DNA of 64,000 bases from Eledone cirrhosa (GCA_964016885.1 OZ024741.1:401140001-401204000), one strand, 5' to 3'. Positions 26,601 through 42,667 are shown, numbered from the stretch's first letter. The notes: generated by a model from the letters alone, not told the origin. Translations and numbers: made by a program.

Positions 26601-28930
26601 GACCCTCCCCAAACAGTGAGTTTGTTTTACTATTATTCGCAATATTATAACAATATGACTCTCCCCAAACAATGAGTGTGTTTTACTATTTTTGGCAATA
26701 TTATAACAATATGACCCTCCCGAAACAGTGAGTGTGCTTTACTATTTTTGGCAATATTATAACAATATGACTCTCCTTAAACAGTGAGTGTGTTTTACTA
26801 TTTTTGGCAATATGAGGGCAACATGACCCTCCCCAAACAGTGACTGTCTTTTACTATTTTTGGCAATATTATAACTATATGACCCTCCCTAAACGGTGAG
26901 CGTGTTTTACTATTTTTGGCAATATTATGACAATATGACCCTACACAAACAGTGAGTGTGTTTTACTATTTTTGGCAATATTATAACAATATGAGCCTAC
27001 CCAAACAGTGAGTTTGTTTTACTATTTTTCGCAATATTATAACAATATGACTCTCCCCGAACAGTGAGTGTGTTTTACAATTTTTGGTTATATTATAACA
27101 ATATGACTCTCCCCAAACAGTGAGTGTGTTTTACTATTTTTTGCAATATAATAACAATAAGACCCTCCCCAAACAGTGAGTGTGTTTTACTATTTTTGGC
27201 AATATTATAACAATATGACCCTCCCCAAACAGTGAGTGTGTTTTACTATTTTTGGCAATATTATAACCATATGACCCTCCCCAAACAGTGAGTGTGTTTT
27301 ACTATTTTTGGTAATATTATAACAATATAACCCTCCCCAAACAGTGAGTGTGTTTTACTATTTTTGGCAATATTATAACAATATGACCCTCCCCAAACAG
27401 TGAGTGTGTTTTACTATTTTTGGCAATATTATAAAAATATGACCCTCCCCAAACAGTGTTTGTGTTTTACTTGTTTTCGCAATATTATAATAATATGACC
27501 CTCCCCAAACAGAGACTGTGTTTTAATATTTTTGGCAATATTATAACAATATGTCCCTACACAAACAGTGAGTGTGTTTTACTATTTTTGGCAATATTAT
27601 AACCATATGTCCCTCCCCAAACAGTGAGTGTGTTTTAGTATTTTTGGCAATATTATAACAATACGACCCTCCCCAAACAGTGAGTGTGTTTTACTATTTT
27701 TGGTAATATTATAACAATATGACCCTACCCAAACAGTGAGTGTGTTTTACTGTTTTTGGCAATATTATAACAATATGTCCCTACACAAACAGTGAGTGTG
27801 TTTTACTATTTGTGGCAATATTATAACAATATGACCCTCCCCAAACAGTCAGTGTGTTTTACTATATTTGGCAATATTAGGGCAACATGACCCTCCCCAA
27901 ACAGTGAGTGTGTTTTAGTATTTTTGGCAATATTATAACAACATGACCCTCCCCAAACAGTGAGTGTGTTTTACTATTTTTAGTAATATTATAATAAAAT
28001 GACCTTACACAAACAGTGAGAGTGATTTACTATTTTTGGCAATATTATAAACATGTGACCCTCCCCAAACAGAGAGTGTGTTTTAATATTTTTGGCAATA
28101 TTATAACAATATGTCCCTACACAAACAGTGAGTGTGTTTTACTATTTTTGGCAATATTATATCAATATGAGCCTACCCAAACAGTGAGTGTGTTTTACTA
28201 TTTTTGGTAACATTATAACAATATGACCCTCCCAAAACAGTGAGTGTGTTTTACTATTTTTGGCAATATTATAACAATATGACTCTCCTTAAACAGTGAG
28301 TGTGTTTTACTATTTTTGGCAATATTATGACAATATGACCCTACACAAACAGTGAGTGTGTTTGACTATTTTTCGCAATATTATAATAATATGACTCTCC
28401 CCAAACAGTGAGTGTGTTTTACTATTTTTGGCGATATTATAACAATATGACCCTCCCCAAACAGTGAGTGTGTTTTACTATTTTGGGAAATATTATAACC
28501 ATATGACCCTCCCCAAACAGTGAGTGTGTTTTACTATTTTTCGCAATATTATAACAATATGACTCTCCCCAAACAGTGAGTGTGTTTTAGTATTTTTGGC
28601 AATATTATAAACATATGACCCTCCCCAAACAGAGAGTGTGTTTTAATATTTTTGGCAATATTATAACAATATGTCGCTACACAAACAGTTAGTGTGCTTT
28701 ACTATTTTTGGCAATATTATAACAATATGACTCTCCTTAAACAGTGAGTGTGTTTTACTATTTTTGGCAATATTATAACCATATGACCCTCCCCAAACAG
28801 TGAGTGTCTTTTACTATTTTTGGCAATATTATAACAATAAAACCCTCCCCAAACGGTGAGCGTGTTTTACTATTTTTGGCAATATTATGACAATATGACC
28901 CTACACAAACAGTGAGTGTTTTTTACTATT
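20700..28930 (+). repeat. Older tandem duplication of about 4.4 kb (about 20.7-25.1 kb and about 25.1-28.9 kb), eroded by whole-monomer gains and losses
   Basis: Collinear private markers with offsets all equal to n x 56 - 2: 20861/25283 (n=79), 21231/25709 (80), 21661/26251 (82), 21957/26323 and 22441/26807 (78), 23537/27511 (71), 24811/28673 and 24971/28833 (69). Confidence 0.85.
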
Positions 28931-31900
28931 TTTGGAAATATTATAACAATATGACCCTACCCAAACAGTGAGTGTGTTTTACTATTTTTGGCAATATTAC
29001 GGCAACATGACCCTCCCCAAACAGTGAATGTGTTTTACTATTTTTGGCAATATTATAACAATATGACCCTCCCCAATCAGTGAGTGTGTTTAACTATTTA
29101 TTGCAATATAATAACAATATGACTCTCCCCGAACAGTGAGTGTGTTTTACAATTTTTGGTTATATTATAACAATATGACTCTCCCCAAACAGTGAGTGTG
29201 TTTTACTATTTTTAGCAATATTATAACAGTATGACCCTCCCCAAACAGTGAGTGTGTTTAACTATTTTTTGCAATATAATAACAATAAGACCCTCCCCAA
29301 ACAGTGAGTGTGTTTTACTATTTTTGGCAATATTATAACAATATGACCCTCCCCAAACAGTGAGTGTGTTTTACTATTTTTGGCAATATTATAACCATAT
29401 GACCCTCCCCAAACAGTGAGTGTGTTTTACTATTTTTGGCAATATTATGACGATATAACCCTCCCGAAACAGTGAGTGTGTTTTACTATTTTTGGCAATA
29501 TTATAACAATATGACCCTCCCCAAACAGTGAGTGTGTTTTTCGATTTTTGGCAATATTATAAAAATATGACCCTCCCCAAACAGTGAGTGTGTTTTACTA
29601 TTTTTGGCAATATTATAACAATATGACTCTCCTTAAACAGTGAGTGTGTTTTACTATTTTTGGCAATATTATGACAATATGACCCTACACAAATAGTGAG
29701 TGTGTTTGACTATTTTTGGCAATATTATAACAATATGTCCCTCCCCAAACAGTGTGTGTGTTTTACTTGTTTTCGCAATACTATAATAATATGACCCTCC
29801 CCAAACAGAGAGTGTGTTATAATATTTTTGGCAATATTATAACAATATGTCCCTACACAAACAGTGAGTGTGTTTTACTATTTTTGGCAATATTATAACC
29901 ATATGACCCTCCCCAAACAGTGAGTGTGTTTTAGTATTTTTGGCAATATTATAACAATATGACCCTCCCCAAACAGTGAGTGTGTTTTACTATTTTTGGC
30001 AATATTATAACAATATGAGCCTACCCATACAGTGAGTGTGTTTTACTATTTTTGGTAATATTATAACAATATGACCCTACCCAAACAGTGAGTGTGTTTT
30101 ACTGTTTTTGGCAATATTATAACAATATGTTCCTACACAAACAGTGAATGTGTTTTACTATTTGTGGCAATATTATAACAATATGACCCTCCCCAAACAG
30201 TCAGTGTGTTTTACTATTTTTGGCAATATTAGTGCAACATGACCCTCCCCAAACAGTGAGTGTGTTTTACTATTTTTGGTTATATTATAACAATATGACT
30301 CTCCCCAAACAGTGAGTGTGTTTTACTATTTTTGGCAATATTATAACAATATGACTCTCCCCAAACAGTGAGTGTGTTTTACTATTTTTGGCAATATTAT
30401 AACAATATGACCCTCCCCAAACAGTGAGTGTGTTTTACTATTTTTGGCAATATTATAACAATATGACTCTCCTTAAACAGTGAGTGTGTTTTACTATTTT
30501 TGGCAATATTATGACAATATGACCCTACACAAACAGTGAGTGTGTTTGACTATTTTTGGCAATATTATAACAATATGACCCTACCCAAACAGTGAGTGTG
30601 TTTTACTATTTTTTGCAATATTATAACAATATGACTCTCCCCGAACAGTGAGTGTGTTTTAGTATTTTTGGCAATATTATAACAACATGACCCTCCCCAA
30701 ACAGTGAGTGTGTTTTACTATTTTTAGTAATATTATAATAAAATGACCTTACACAAACAGTGAGTGTGATTTACTATTTTTGGCAATATTATAAACATAT
30801 GACCCTCCCCAAACAGAGAGTGTGTTTTAATATTTTTGGCAATATTATAACAATATGTCCCTACACAAACAGTGAGTGTGTATTACTATTTTTGGCAATA
30901 TTATAACAATATGAGCCTACCCAAACAGTGAGTGTGTTTTACTATTTTTGGTAACATTATAACAATATGACCCTCCCAAAACAGTGAGTGTGTTTTACTA
31001 TTTTTGGCAATATTATAACAATATGACTCTCCTTAAACAGTGAGTGTGTTTTACTATTTTTGGCAATATTATGACAATATGACCCTACCCAAACAGTGAG
31101 TGTGTTTGACTATTTTTGGCAATATTATAACAATATGACCCTTCCCAAACAGTGTGTGTGTTTTACTTGTTTTCGCAATATTATAATAATATGACTCTCC
31201 CCAAACAGTGAGTGTGTTTTACTATTTTTGGCGATATTATAACAATATGACCCTCCCCAAACAGTGAGTGTGTTTTACTATTTTGGGAAATATTATAACC
31301 ATATGACCCTCCCCAAACAGTGAGTGTGTTTTACTATTTTTCGCAATATTATAACAATATGACTCTCCCCAAACAGTGAGTGTGTTTTAGTATTTTTGGC
31401 AATATTATAAACATATGACCCTCCCCAAACAGAGAGTGTGTTTTAATATTTTTGGCAATATTATAACAATATGTTCTTACACAAACAGTGAGTGTGTTTT
31501 ACTATTTTTGGCAATATTATAACAATATGAGCCTACCCAAACAGTGAGTGTGTTTTACTATTTTTTGTAATATTATAACAATATGTCCCTACACAAACAG
31601 TGAGTGTGTTTTACTATTTGTGGCAATATTATAACAATATGACCCTCCTCAAACAGTCAGTGTGTTTTACTATTTTTGGCAATATTATAACAATATGACC
31701 CTCCCCAGCCAGTGAGTGTGTTTTAGTATTTTTGGCAATATTATAACAATATAACCCTCCCCAAACAGTGAGTGTGTTTTACTATTTTTGGCAATATTAT
31801 AATAATATGACCCTCCCCAAACAGTGAGTGTGCTTTACTATTTTTGGCAATATTATAACAATATGACTCTCCTCAAACAGTGAGTGTGTTTTACTATTTT

Positions 31901-34900
31901 TGGTAATATTAGGCCAACATGACCCTCCCCAAACAGTGAGTGTCTTTTACTATTTTTGGCAATATTATAACAATATGACCCTCCCCAAACAGTGAGTTTG
32001 TTTTACTATTTTTGGCAATATTATAACAATATGACCCTCCCCAGACAGTGAGTGTATTTTAGTATTTTTGGCAATATTATAACAATATAACCCTCCCCAA
32101 ACAGTGAGTGTGTTTTACTATTTTTGGCAATATTATAACAATATGACCCTCCCCAAACAGTCAGTGTGTTTTACTATTTTTGGCAATATTAGGGCAACAT
32201 GACCCTCCCCAAACAGTGAGTGTGTTTTACTATTTTTGGTTATATTATAACAATATGACTCTCCCGAAACAGTGAGTGTGTTTTACTATTTTTGGCAATA
32301 TTATAACAATATGACTCTCCCCAAACAGTGAGTGTGTTTTACTATTTTTGGCAATATTATAACAATATGACCCTCCCCAAACAGTGAGTGTGTTTTACTA
32401 TTTTTGGCAATATTATGACAATATGACCCTACACAAACAGTGAGTGTGTTTTAGTATTTTTGGCAATATTATAACAACATGACCCTCCCCAAACAGTGAG
32501 TGTGTTTTACTATTTTTAGTAATATTATAATAAAATGACCTTACACAAACAGTGAGTGTGATTTAATATTTTTGGCAATATTATAAACATATGACCCTCC
32601 CCAAACAGAGAGTGTGTTTTAATATTTTTGGCAATATTATAACAATATGTCCCTACACAAACAGTGAGTGTGTTTTACTATTTTTGGCAATATTATAACA
32701 ATATGACCCTCCCCAAACAGTGAGTGTGTTTTACTATTTTTGGCAATATTATAACAATATGAGCCTACCCAAACAGTGAGTGTGTTTTACTATTTTTGGT
32801 AACATTATAACAATATGTCCCTCCCAAAACAGTGAGTGTATTTTAGTATTTTTGGCAATATTATAACAATATGACTCTCCTTAAACAGTGAGTGTGTTTT
32901 ACTATTTTTGGCAATATTATGACAATATGACCCTACACAAACAGTGAGTGTGTTTGTCTATTTTTGTTTATATTATAACAATATGACCCTCCCCAAACAG
33001 TGTGTGTGTTTTACTTGTTTTCGCAATATTATAATAATATGACTCTCCCCAAACAGTGAGTGTGTTTTACTATTTTTGGCGATATTATAACAATATGACC
33101 CTCCCCAAACAGTGAGTGTGTTTTACTATTTTGGGAAATATTATAACCATATGACCCTCCCCAAACAGTGAGTGTGTTTTACTATTTTTCGCAATATTAT
33201 AACAATATGCCTCTCCCCAAACAGTGAGTGTGTTTTAGTATTTTTGGCAATATTATAACAATATGACCCTCCCAAAATAGTGAGTGTGTTTTACTATTTT
33301 TAGTAATATTATAATAAAATCACCTTACATAAACAGTGAGTGTGATTTACTATTTTTGGCAATATTATAAACATATGACCCTCCCCAAACAGAGAGTGTG
33401 TTTTACTATTTTTGGCAATATTATAACAATATGACCCTCCCCAAACAGTGAGTGTGTTTTACTATTTTTGGCAATATTATTACAATATGAGCCTACCCAA
33501 ACAGTGAGTGTGTTTTACTATTTTTGGTAATATTATAACAATATGTCCCTACACAAACAGTGAGTGTGTTTTACTATTTGTGGCAATATTATAACAATAT
33601 GACCCTCCCCAAACAGTCAGTGTGTTTTACTATTTTTGGCAATATTATAACAATATGACCCTCCGCAGACAGTGAGTGTGTTTTAGTATTTTTGGCAATA
33701 TTATAACAATATAACCCTCCCCAAACAGTGAGTGTGTTTTACTATTTTTGGCAATATTATAACAATAGGACCCTCCCCAAACTGTGAGTGTGTTTTACTA
33801 TTTTTGGCAATATTAGGGCAACATGACCCTCCCCAAACAGTGAGTGTCTTTTACTATTTTTGGCAATATTATAACAATATGACCCTCCCCAAACGGTGAG
33901 CGTGTTTTACTATTTTTGGCAATATTATGACAATATGACCCTACACAAACAGTGAGTGTTTTTTACTATTTTTGGCAATATTATAACAATATGACTCTCC
34001 GCAACTAGTGAGTGTATTTTACTATTCTTGGCAATATTAGGGCAACATGACCCTCCACAAACAGTGAATGTGTTTTACTATTTTTGGCAATATTATAACA
34101 ATATGACCCTCCCCAATCAGTGAGTGTGTTTAACTATTTATTGCAATATAATAACAATATGACCCTCCACAAACAGTGAGTGTGTTTCAGTATTTTTGGC
34201 AATATTATAATAATATGACGCTACCCAAACAGTCAGTGTGTTTTACTATTTTTGGCAATATTATAACAATATGACCCTCCCCAAACAGTGAGTTTGTTTT
34301 ACTATTTTTCGCAATATTATAACAATATGACTCTCCCCGAACAGTGAGTGTGTTTTACAATTTTTAGTTATATTATAACAATATGACTCTCCACAAACAG
34401 TGAGTGTGTTTTACTATTTTTGGCAATATTATAACAGTATGACCCTCCCCAAACAGTGAGAGTGTTTAACTATTTTTTGCAATATAATAACAATAAGACC
34501 CTCCCCAAGCAGTGAGTGTGTTTTACTACTTTTGGCAATATTATAACCATATGACCCACCCCAAACAGTGAATGTGTTTTACTATTTTTGGCAATATTAT
34601 AACAATATAACCCTCCCCAAACAGTGAGTGTGTTTTACTATTTTTGGCAATATTATAACAATATGACCCTCCCCAAACAGTGAGTGTGTTTTACTATTTT
34701 TGGCAATATAATAAAAATATGACCCTCCCCAAACAGTGAGTGTGTTTTACTATTTTTGGCAATATTATAACAATATGACTCTCCTTAAACAGTGAGTGTG
34801 TTTTAATATTTTTGGCAATATTATGACAATATGACCCTACACAAATAGTGAGTGTGTTTGACTATTTTTGGCAATATTATAACAATATGTCCCTCCCCAA

Positions 34901-36399
34901 ACAGTGTGTGTGTTTTACTTGTTTTCGCAATATTATAATAATATGACTCTCCCCAAACAGTGAGTGTGTTTTACTATTTTTGGCAATATTATAACAATAT
35001 GACCCTCCCCAAACAGTGAGTGTGTTTTACTATTTTTCACAATATTATAACAATATGACTCTCCCCAAAAAGTAAGTGCGTTTTAGTATTTTTGGCAATA
35101 TTATAACAACATGACCCTCCCCAAACAGTGAGTTTGTTTTACTATTTTTGGCAATATTATAACAATATGACCCTCCCCAAATAGTGAGTGTGTTTTACTA
35201 TTTTTGGCAATATTATAACAATATGAGCCTACCCAAACAGTGAGTGTGTTTTACTATTTTCGTTAATATTATAACAATATGTCCCTACACAAACAGTGAG
35301 TGTGTTTTACTATTTGTGGCAATATTATAACAATATGACCCTCCCCAAACAGTCAGTGTGTTTTACTATTTTTGGCAATATTATAACAATATGACCCTCC
35401 CCAGACAGTGAGTGTGTTTTAGTATTTTTGGCAATATTATAACAATATAACCCTCCCCAAACAGTGAGTGTGTGTTACTATTTTTGGCAATATTATAACA
35501 ATATGACCCTCCCCAAACAGTGAGTGTGTTTTACTATTTTTGGCAATATTATAACAATATGACCCTCCCGAAACAGTGAGTGTGCTTTACTATTTTTGGC
35601 AATATTAGGGCAACATGACCCTCCCGAAACAGTGAATGTGTTTTACTATTTTTGGCAATATTATAACAATATGACCCTCCCCAATCAGTGAGTGTGTTTA
35701 ACTATTTATTGCAATATAATAACAATATGACCCTCCACAAACAGTGAGTGTGTTTCAGTATTTTTGGCAATATTATAATAATATGACGCTACCCAAACAG
35801 TGAGTGTGTTTTACTATTTTTGGCAATATTATAACAATATGACCCTCCCCAAACAGTGAGTTTGTTTTACTATTTTTCGCAATATTATAACAATATGACT
35901 CTCCCCGAACAGTGAGTGTGTTTTACAATTTTTGGTTATATTATAACAAAATGACTCTCCCCAAACAGTGAGTGTGTTTTACTATTTTTGGCAATATTAT
36001 AACAGTATGACCCTCCCCAAACAGTGAGTGTGTTTAACTATTTTTTGCAATATAATAACAATAAGACCCTCCCCAAACAGTGAGTGTGTTTTACTATTTT
36101 TGGCAATATTATAACCATATGACCCTCCCCAAACAGTGAGTGTGTTTTACTATTTTTGGCAATATTATAACAATATAACCCTCCCCAAACAGTGAGTGTG
36201 TTTTACTATTCTTGGCAATATTATAACCATATGACCATCCCCAAACAGTGAGTGTGTTTTAGTATTTTTGGCAATATTATAACAATATAACCCTCCCCAA
36301 ACAGTGAGTGTGTTTTAGTATTTTTGGCAATATTATAACAATATGACCCTCCCCAAACAGTGAGTGTATTTTACTATTTTTGGCAATATTATAACCATA

Positions 36400-38540
36400 T
36401 GACCCTCCCCAAACAGTGAGTGTGTTCTACTATTTTTGGCAATATTATAACAAAATAACCCTCCCCAAACAGTGAGTGTGTTTTACTATTTTTGGCAATA
36501 TTATAACAATATGACCCTCCCCAAAAAGTGAGTGTGTTTTACTATTTTTGGCAATATTATAACAATATGACTCTCCTTAAACAGTGAGTGTGTTTTACTA
36601 TTTTTGGCAATATTATGACAATATGACCCTACACAAATAGTGAGTGTGTTTGACTATTTTTGGCAATATTATAACAATATGTCCCTCCCCAAACAGTGTG
36701 TGTGTTTTACTTGTTTTCGCAATATTATAATAATATGACTCTCCCCAAACAGTGAGTGTGTTTTACTATTTTTGGCAATATTAAAACAATATGACCCTCC
36801 CCAAACAGTGAGTGTGTTTTACTATTTTAGGAAATATTATAACCATAAGACCCTCCCCAAACAGTGAGTGTGTTTTACTATTTTTCGCAATATTATAACA
36901 ATATGACTTTCCCCAAACAGTGAGTGTATTTTAGTATTTTTGGCAATATTATAACAATATGACCCTCCCCAAACAGTGAGTGTGTTTTACTATTTTTAGT
37001 AATATTATAATAAAATGACCTTACACAAACAGTGAGTGTGATTTACTATTTTTGGCAATATTATAAACATATGACCCTCCCCTAACAGAGAGTGTGTTTT
37101 AATATTTTTGGCAATATTATAACAATATGTTCCTACACAAACAGTGAGTGTGTTTTACTATTTTTGGCAATATTATAACCATATGACCCTCCCCAAACAG
37201 TGAGTGTGTTTTAGTATTTTTGGCAATATTATAACAATATGACCCTCCCCAAACAGTGAGTGTGTTTTATTATTTTTGGCAATATTATAACAATATGAGC
37301 CTACCCAAACAGTGAGTGTGTTTTACTATTTTTGGTAATATTATAACAATATGACCCTACCCAAACAGTGAGTGTGTTTTACTGTTTTTGGCAATATTAT
37401 AACAATATGGCCCTACACAAACAGTGAGTGTGTTTTACTATTTGTGGCAATATTATAACAATATGACCCTCCCCAAACAGTGAGTGTGTTCTACTATTTT
37501 TGGCAATATTATAACAATATAACCCTCCCCAAACAGTGAGTGTGTTTTACTATTTTTGGCAATATTATAACAATATGACCCTCCCCAAACAGTGAGTGTG
37601 TTTTACTATTTTTGACAATATTATAACAATATGCCCCTCCCCAAACAGTGAGTGTGTTTTACTATTTTTGGTAATATTATAACAATATGACTCTCCTTAA
37701 ACAGTGAGTGTGTTTTACTATTTTTGGCAATATTATGACAATATGACCCTACACAAATAGTGAGTGTGTTTGACTATTTTTGGCAATATTATAACAATAT
37801 GTCCCTCCCCAAACAGTGTGTGTGTTTTACTTGTTTTCGCAATATTATAATAATATGACTCTCCCCAAACAGTGAGTGTGTTTTACTATTTTTGGCAATA
37901 TTAAAACAATATGAGCCTCCCCAAACAGTGAGTGTGTTTTACTATTTTAGGAAATATTATAACCATAAGACCCTCCCCAAACAGTGAGTGTGTTTTACTA
38001 TTTTTCGCAATATTATAACAATATGACTTTCCCCAAACAGTGAGTGTATTTTAGTATTTTTGGCAATATTATAACAATATGACCCTCCCCAAACAGTGAG
38101 TGTGTTTTACTATTTTTAGTAATATTATAATAAAATGACCTTACACAAACAGTGAGTGTGATTTACTATTTTTGGCAATATTATAAACATATGACCCTCC
38201 CCTAACAGAGAGTGTGTTTTAATATTTTTGGCAATATTATAACAATATGTTCCTACACAAACAGTGAGTGTGTTTTAGTATTTTTGGCAATATTATAACA
38301 ATATGACCCTCCCCAAACAGTGAGTGTGTTTTACTATTTTTGGCAATATTATAACAATATGAGCCTACCCAAACAGTGAGTGTGTTTTACTATTTTTGGT
38401 AATATTATAACAATATGACCCTACCCAAACAGTGAGTGTGTTTTACTGTTTTTGGCAATATTATAACAATATGGCCCTACACAAACAGTGAGTGTGTTTT
38501 ACTATTTGTGGCAATATTATAACTATATGACCCTCCCCAA
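36400..38540 (+). repeat. Tandem duplication of a 19-20-monomer block (1064-1120 bp)
   Basis: Offset 1120: TTAAAACAAT 36781/37901, ACTATTTTAGGAAA 36821/37941, CCTAACAGAG 37081/38201. Offset 1064: TGTGTTCTAC 36421/37485, ACTGTTTTTG 37381/38445. Confidence 0.88.
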
Positions 38541-41500
38541 ACAGTCAGTGTGTTTTACTATTTTTGGCAATATTAGGGCAACATGACCCTCCCCAAACAG
38601 TGAGTGTGTTTTACTATTTTTGGTTATATTATAACAATATGACTCTCCCCAAACAGTGAGTGTGTTTTACTATTTTTGGCAATATTATAACAATATGACT
38701 CTCCCCAAACAGTGAGTGTGTTTTACTATTTTTGGCAATATTATAACAATATGACCCTCCCCAAATAGTGAGTGTGTTTTACTATTTTTGGCAATATTAT
38801 AACAATATGACTCTCCTTAAACAGTGAGTGTGTTTTACTATTTTTGGCAATATTATGACAATATGACCCTACACAAACAGTGAGTGTGTTTTACTATTTT
38901 TGGCAATATTATAACAATATGACCCTCCCCAAACAGTGAGTGTGTTTTACTATTTTTGGCAATATTATAACCATATGACCCTCCCCAAACAGTGAGTGTG
39001 TTTTACTATTTTTAGTAATATTATAATAAAATGACCTTACACAAACAGTGAGTGTGATTTACTATTTTTGGCAATATTATAAACATATGACCCTCCCCAA
39101 ACAGAGAGTGTGTTTTAATATTTTTGGCAATATTATAACAATATGTCCCTACACAAACAGTGAGTGTGTTTTACTATTTTTGGCAATATTATAACAATAT
39201 AAGCCTACTCAAACAGTGAGTGTGTTTTACTATTTTTGGTAATATTATAACAATATGTCCCTACACAAACAGTGAGTGTGTTTTACTATTTGTGGCAATA
39301 TTATAACAATATGACCCTCCCCAAACAGTCAGTGTGTTTTACTATTTTTGGCAATATTATAACAATATGACCCTCCCCAGACAGTGAGTGTGCTTTAGTA
39401 TTTTTGGCAATATTATAACAATATAACCCTCCCCAAACAGTGAGTGTGTTTTACTATTTTTGGCAATATTATAACAATATGACCCTCCCGAAACGGTGAG
39501 CGTGTTTTACTATTTTTGGCAATATTATGACAATAAGACCATACACAAACAGTGAGTGTTTTTTACTATTTTTGGCAATATTATAACAATATGACTCTCC
39601 GCAACTAGTGAGTGTGTTATACTATTCTTGGCAATATTAGGGCAACATGACCCTCCCCAAACAGTGAATGTGTTTTACTATTTTTGGCAATATTATAACA
39701 ATATGACCCTCCCCAATCAGTGAGTGTGTTTAACTATTTTTTGCAATATAATAACAATATGACCCTCCACAAACAGTGAGTGTGTTTTAGTATTTTTGAA
39801 ATATTATAATAATATGACGCTACCCAAACAGTGAGTGTGTTTTACTATTTTTGGCAATATTATAACTATATGACCCTCCCCAAACAGTGAGTTTGTTTTA
39901 CTATTTTTCGCAATATTATAACATTATGACTCTCCCCAAACAGTGAGTGTGTTTTACTATTTTTGGTTATATTATAACAATATGACTCTCCCCATACAGT
40001 GAGTGTGTTTTACTATTATTGTTTATATTATAACAATATGACTCTACCTAAACACTGAGTGTGTTTTACTATTCTTGGCAATATTAGGGCAACATGACCC
40101 TCCCCAAACAGTGAATGTGTTTTACTATTTTTGGCAATATTATAACAATATGACCCTCCCCAAACAGTGAGTGTGTTTTACTATTTTTGGTTATATTATA
40201 ACAATATGACTCTCCCCAAACAGTGAGTGTGTTTTACTATTTTTGGCAATATTATAACAATATGACTCTCCCCAAACAGTGAGTGTGTTTTACTATTTTT
40301 GGCAATATTATAACAATATGACCCTCACCAAATAGTGAGTGTGTTTTACTATTTTTGGCAATATTATAACAATATGACTCTCCTTAAACAGTGAGTGTGT
40401 TTTACTATTTTTGGCAATATTATGACAATATGACCCTACACAAACAGTGAGTGTGTTTTACTATTTTTGGCAATATTATAACAATATGACCCTCCCCAAA
40501 CAGTGAGTGTGTTTTACTATTTTGGGAAATATTATAAACATATGACCCTCCCCAAACAGTGAGTGTGTTTTACTATTTTTAGTAATATTATAATAAAATG
40601 ACCTTACGCAAACAGTGAGTGTGATTTACTATTTTTGGCAATATTATAAACATATGACCCTCCCCAAACAGTAAGTGTGTTTTACTATTTTTGGCAATAT
40701 TATAACAATATAAGCCTACTCAAACAGTGAGTGTGTTTTACTATTTTTGGTAATATTATAACAATATGTCCCTACACAAACAGTGAGTGTGTTTTACTAT
40801 TTGTGGCAATATTATAACAATATGACCCTCCCCAAACAGTCAGTGTGTTTTACTATTTTTGGCAATATTATAACAATATGACTCTCCGCAACTAGTGAGT
40901 GTGTTTTACTATTCTTGGCAATATTAGGGCAACATGACCCTCCCCAAACAGTGAATGTGTTTTACTATTTTTGGCAATATTATGACAATATGGCCCTACA
41001 CAAATAGTGAGTGTGTTTGACTATTTTTGGCAATATTATAACAATATGTGCCTCCTCAAACAGTGTGTGTGTTTTACTTGTTTTCGCAATATTATAACCA
41101 TATGACCCTCCCCAAACAGTGAGTGTTTTTTACTATTTTTCGCAATATTATAATAATATGACTCTCCCCAAACAGTGAGTGTGTTTTAGTATTTTTGGCA
41201 ATATTATAACAACATGATCCTCCCCAAACAGGGAGTATGTTTTACTATTTTTAGTAATATTATAATAAAAAGGAACTTACACAAACAGTGAGTGTGATTT
41301 ACTATTTTTGGCAATATTATAACCATATGACCCTCCCCAAACAGAGAGTGTGTTTTAATATTTTTGGCAATGTTATAACAATATGTCCCTACATAAACAG
41401 TGAGTGTGTTTTAGTATTTTTGGCAATATTATAACCATATGACCCTCCCCAAACAGTGAGTGTGTTTTAGTATTTTTGGCAATATTATAACAATATGACC

Positions 41501-42331
41501 CTCCCCAAACAGTGAGTGTGTTTTACTATTTTTGGCAATATTATAACAATACGAGCCTACCCAAACAGTGAGTGAGTTTTACTATTTTTGGCAATATTAT
41601 AACAATAGAACACTCCCCAAACAGTGAGTGTGTTTTACTGTTTTTGGCAATATTATAACAATATGGCCCTACACAAACAGTGAGTGTGTTTTACTATTTG
41701 TGGCAATATTATAACAATATGACCCTCCCCAAACAGTCAGTGTGTTTTACTATTTTTGGCAATATTAGGGCAACATGACCCTCCCCAAACAGTGAGTGTG
41801 TTTTACTATTTTTGGTTATATTATAACAATATGACTCTCCCCAAACAGTGAGTGTGTTTTACTATTTTTGGCAATATTATAACAATATGACTCTCCCCAA
41901 ACAGTGAGTGTGTTTTACTATTTTTGGCAATATTATAACAATATGACCCTCCCCAAATAGTGAGTGTGTTTTACTATTTTTGGCAATATTATAACAATAT
42001 GACTCTCCTTAAACAGTGAGTGTGTTTTACTATTTTTGGCAATATTATGACAATATGACCCTACACAAACAGTGAGTGTGTTTTACTATTTTTGGCAATA
42101 TTGTAACAATATGACCCTCCCCAAACGGTGAGCGTGTTTTACTATTTTTGGCAATATTATGACAATATGACCCTACACAAACAGTGAGTGTTTTTTACTA
42201 TTTTTGGCAATATTATAACAATATGACTCTCCGCAACTAGTGAGTGTGTTTTACTATTCTTGGCAATATTAGGGCAACATGACCCTCCCCAAACAGTGAA
42301 TGTGTTTTACTATTTTTGGCAATATTATAAC

Positions 42332-42667
42332 AATATGACTCTCCCCATACAGTGAGTGTGTTTTACTATTTTTGTTTATATTATAACAATATGACTCTAC
42401 CTAAACAGTGAGTGTGTTTTACTATTTTTGGTTATATTATAACAATATGACTCTCCCCATACAGTGAGTGTGTTTTACTATTTCTGTTTATATTATAACA
42501 ATATGACTCTACCTAAACAGTGAGTGTGTTTTACTATTTTTGGTTATATTATAACAATATGACTCTCTCCATACAGTGAGTGTGTTTTACTATTTTTGTT
42601 TATATTATAACAATATGACTCTACCTAAACAGTGAGTGTGTTTTACTATTTTTGGTTATATTATAAC
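42332..42667 (+). repeat. Three tandem copies of a 112-bp dimer (CCATAC...GTTTATAT monomer plus TACCTAAAC...GGTTATAT monomer)
   Basis: Strict alternation of two variant monomers over 336 bp; the third dimer carries CTCTCTCCATAC. Confidence 0.9.

Noticed and set aside
26174-28210. + strand ORFs 26174-26368 and 28016-28210 (64 aa)
   Set aside because: Translations of the satellite cycling through three frames (56 is not a multiple of 3) where variants remove a stop; GTG starts, barely above the length threshold, no gene context.
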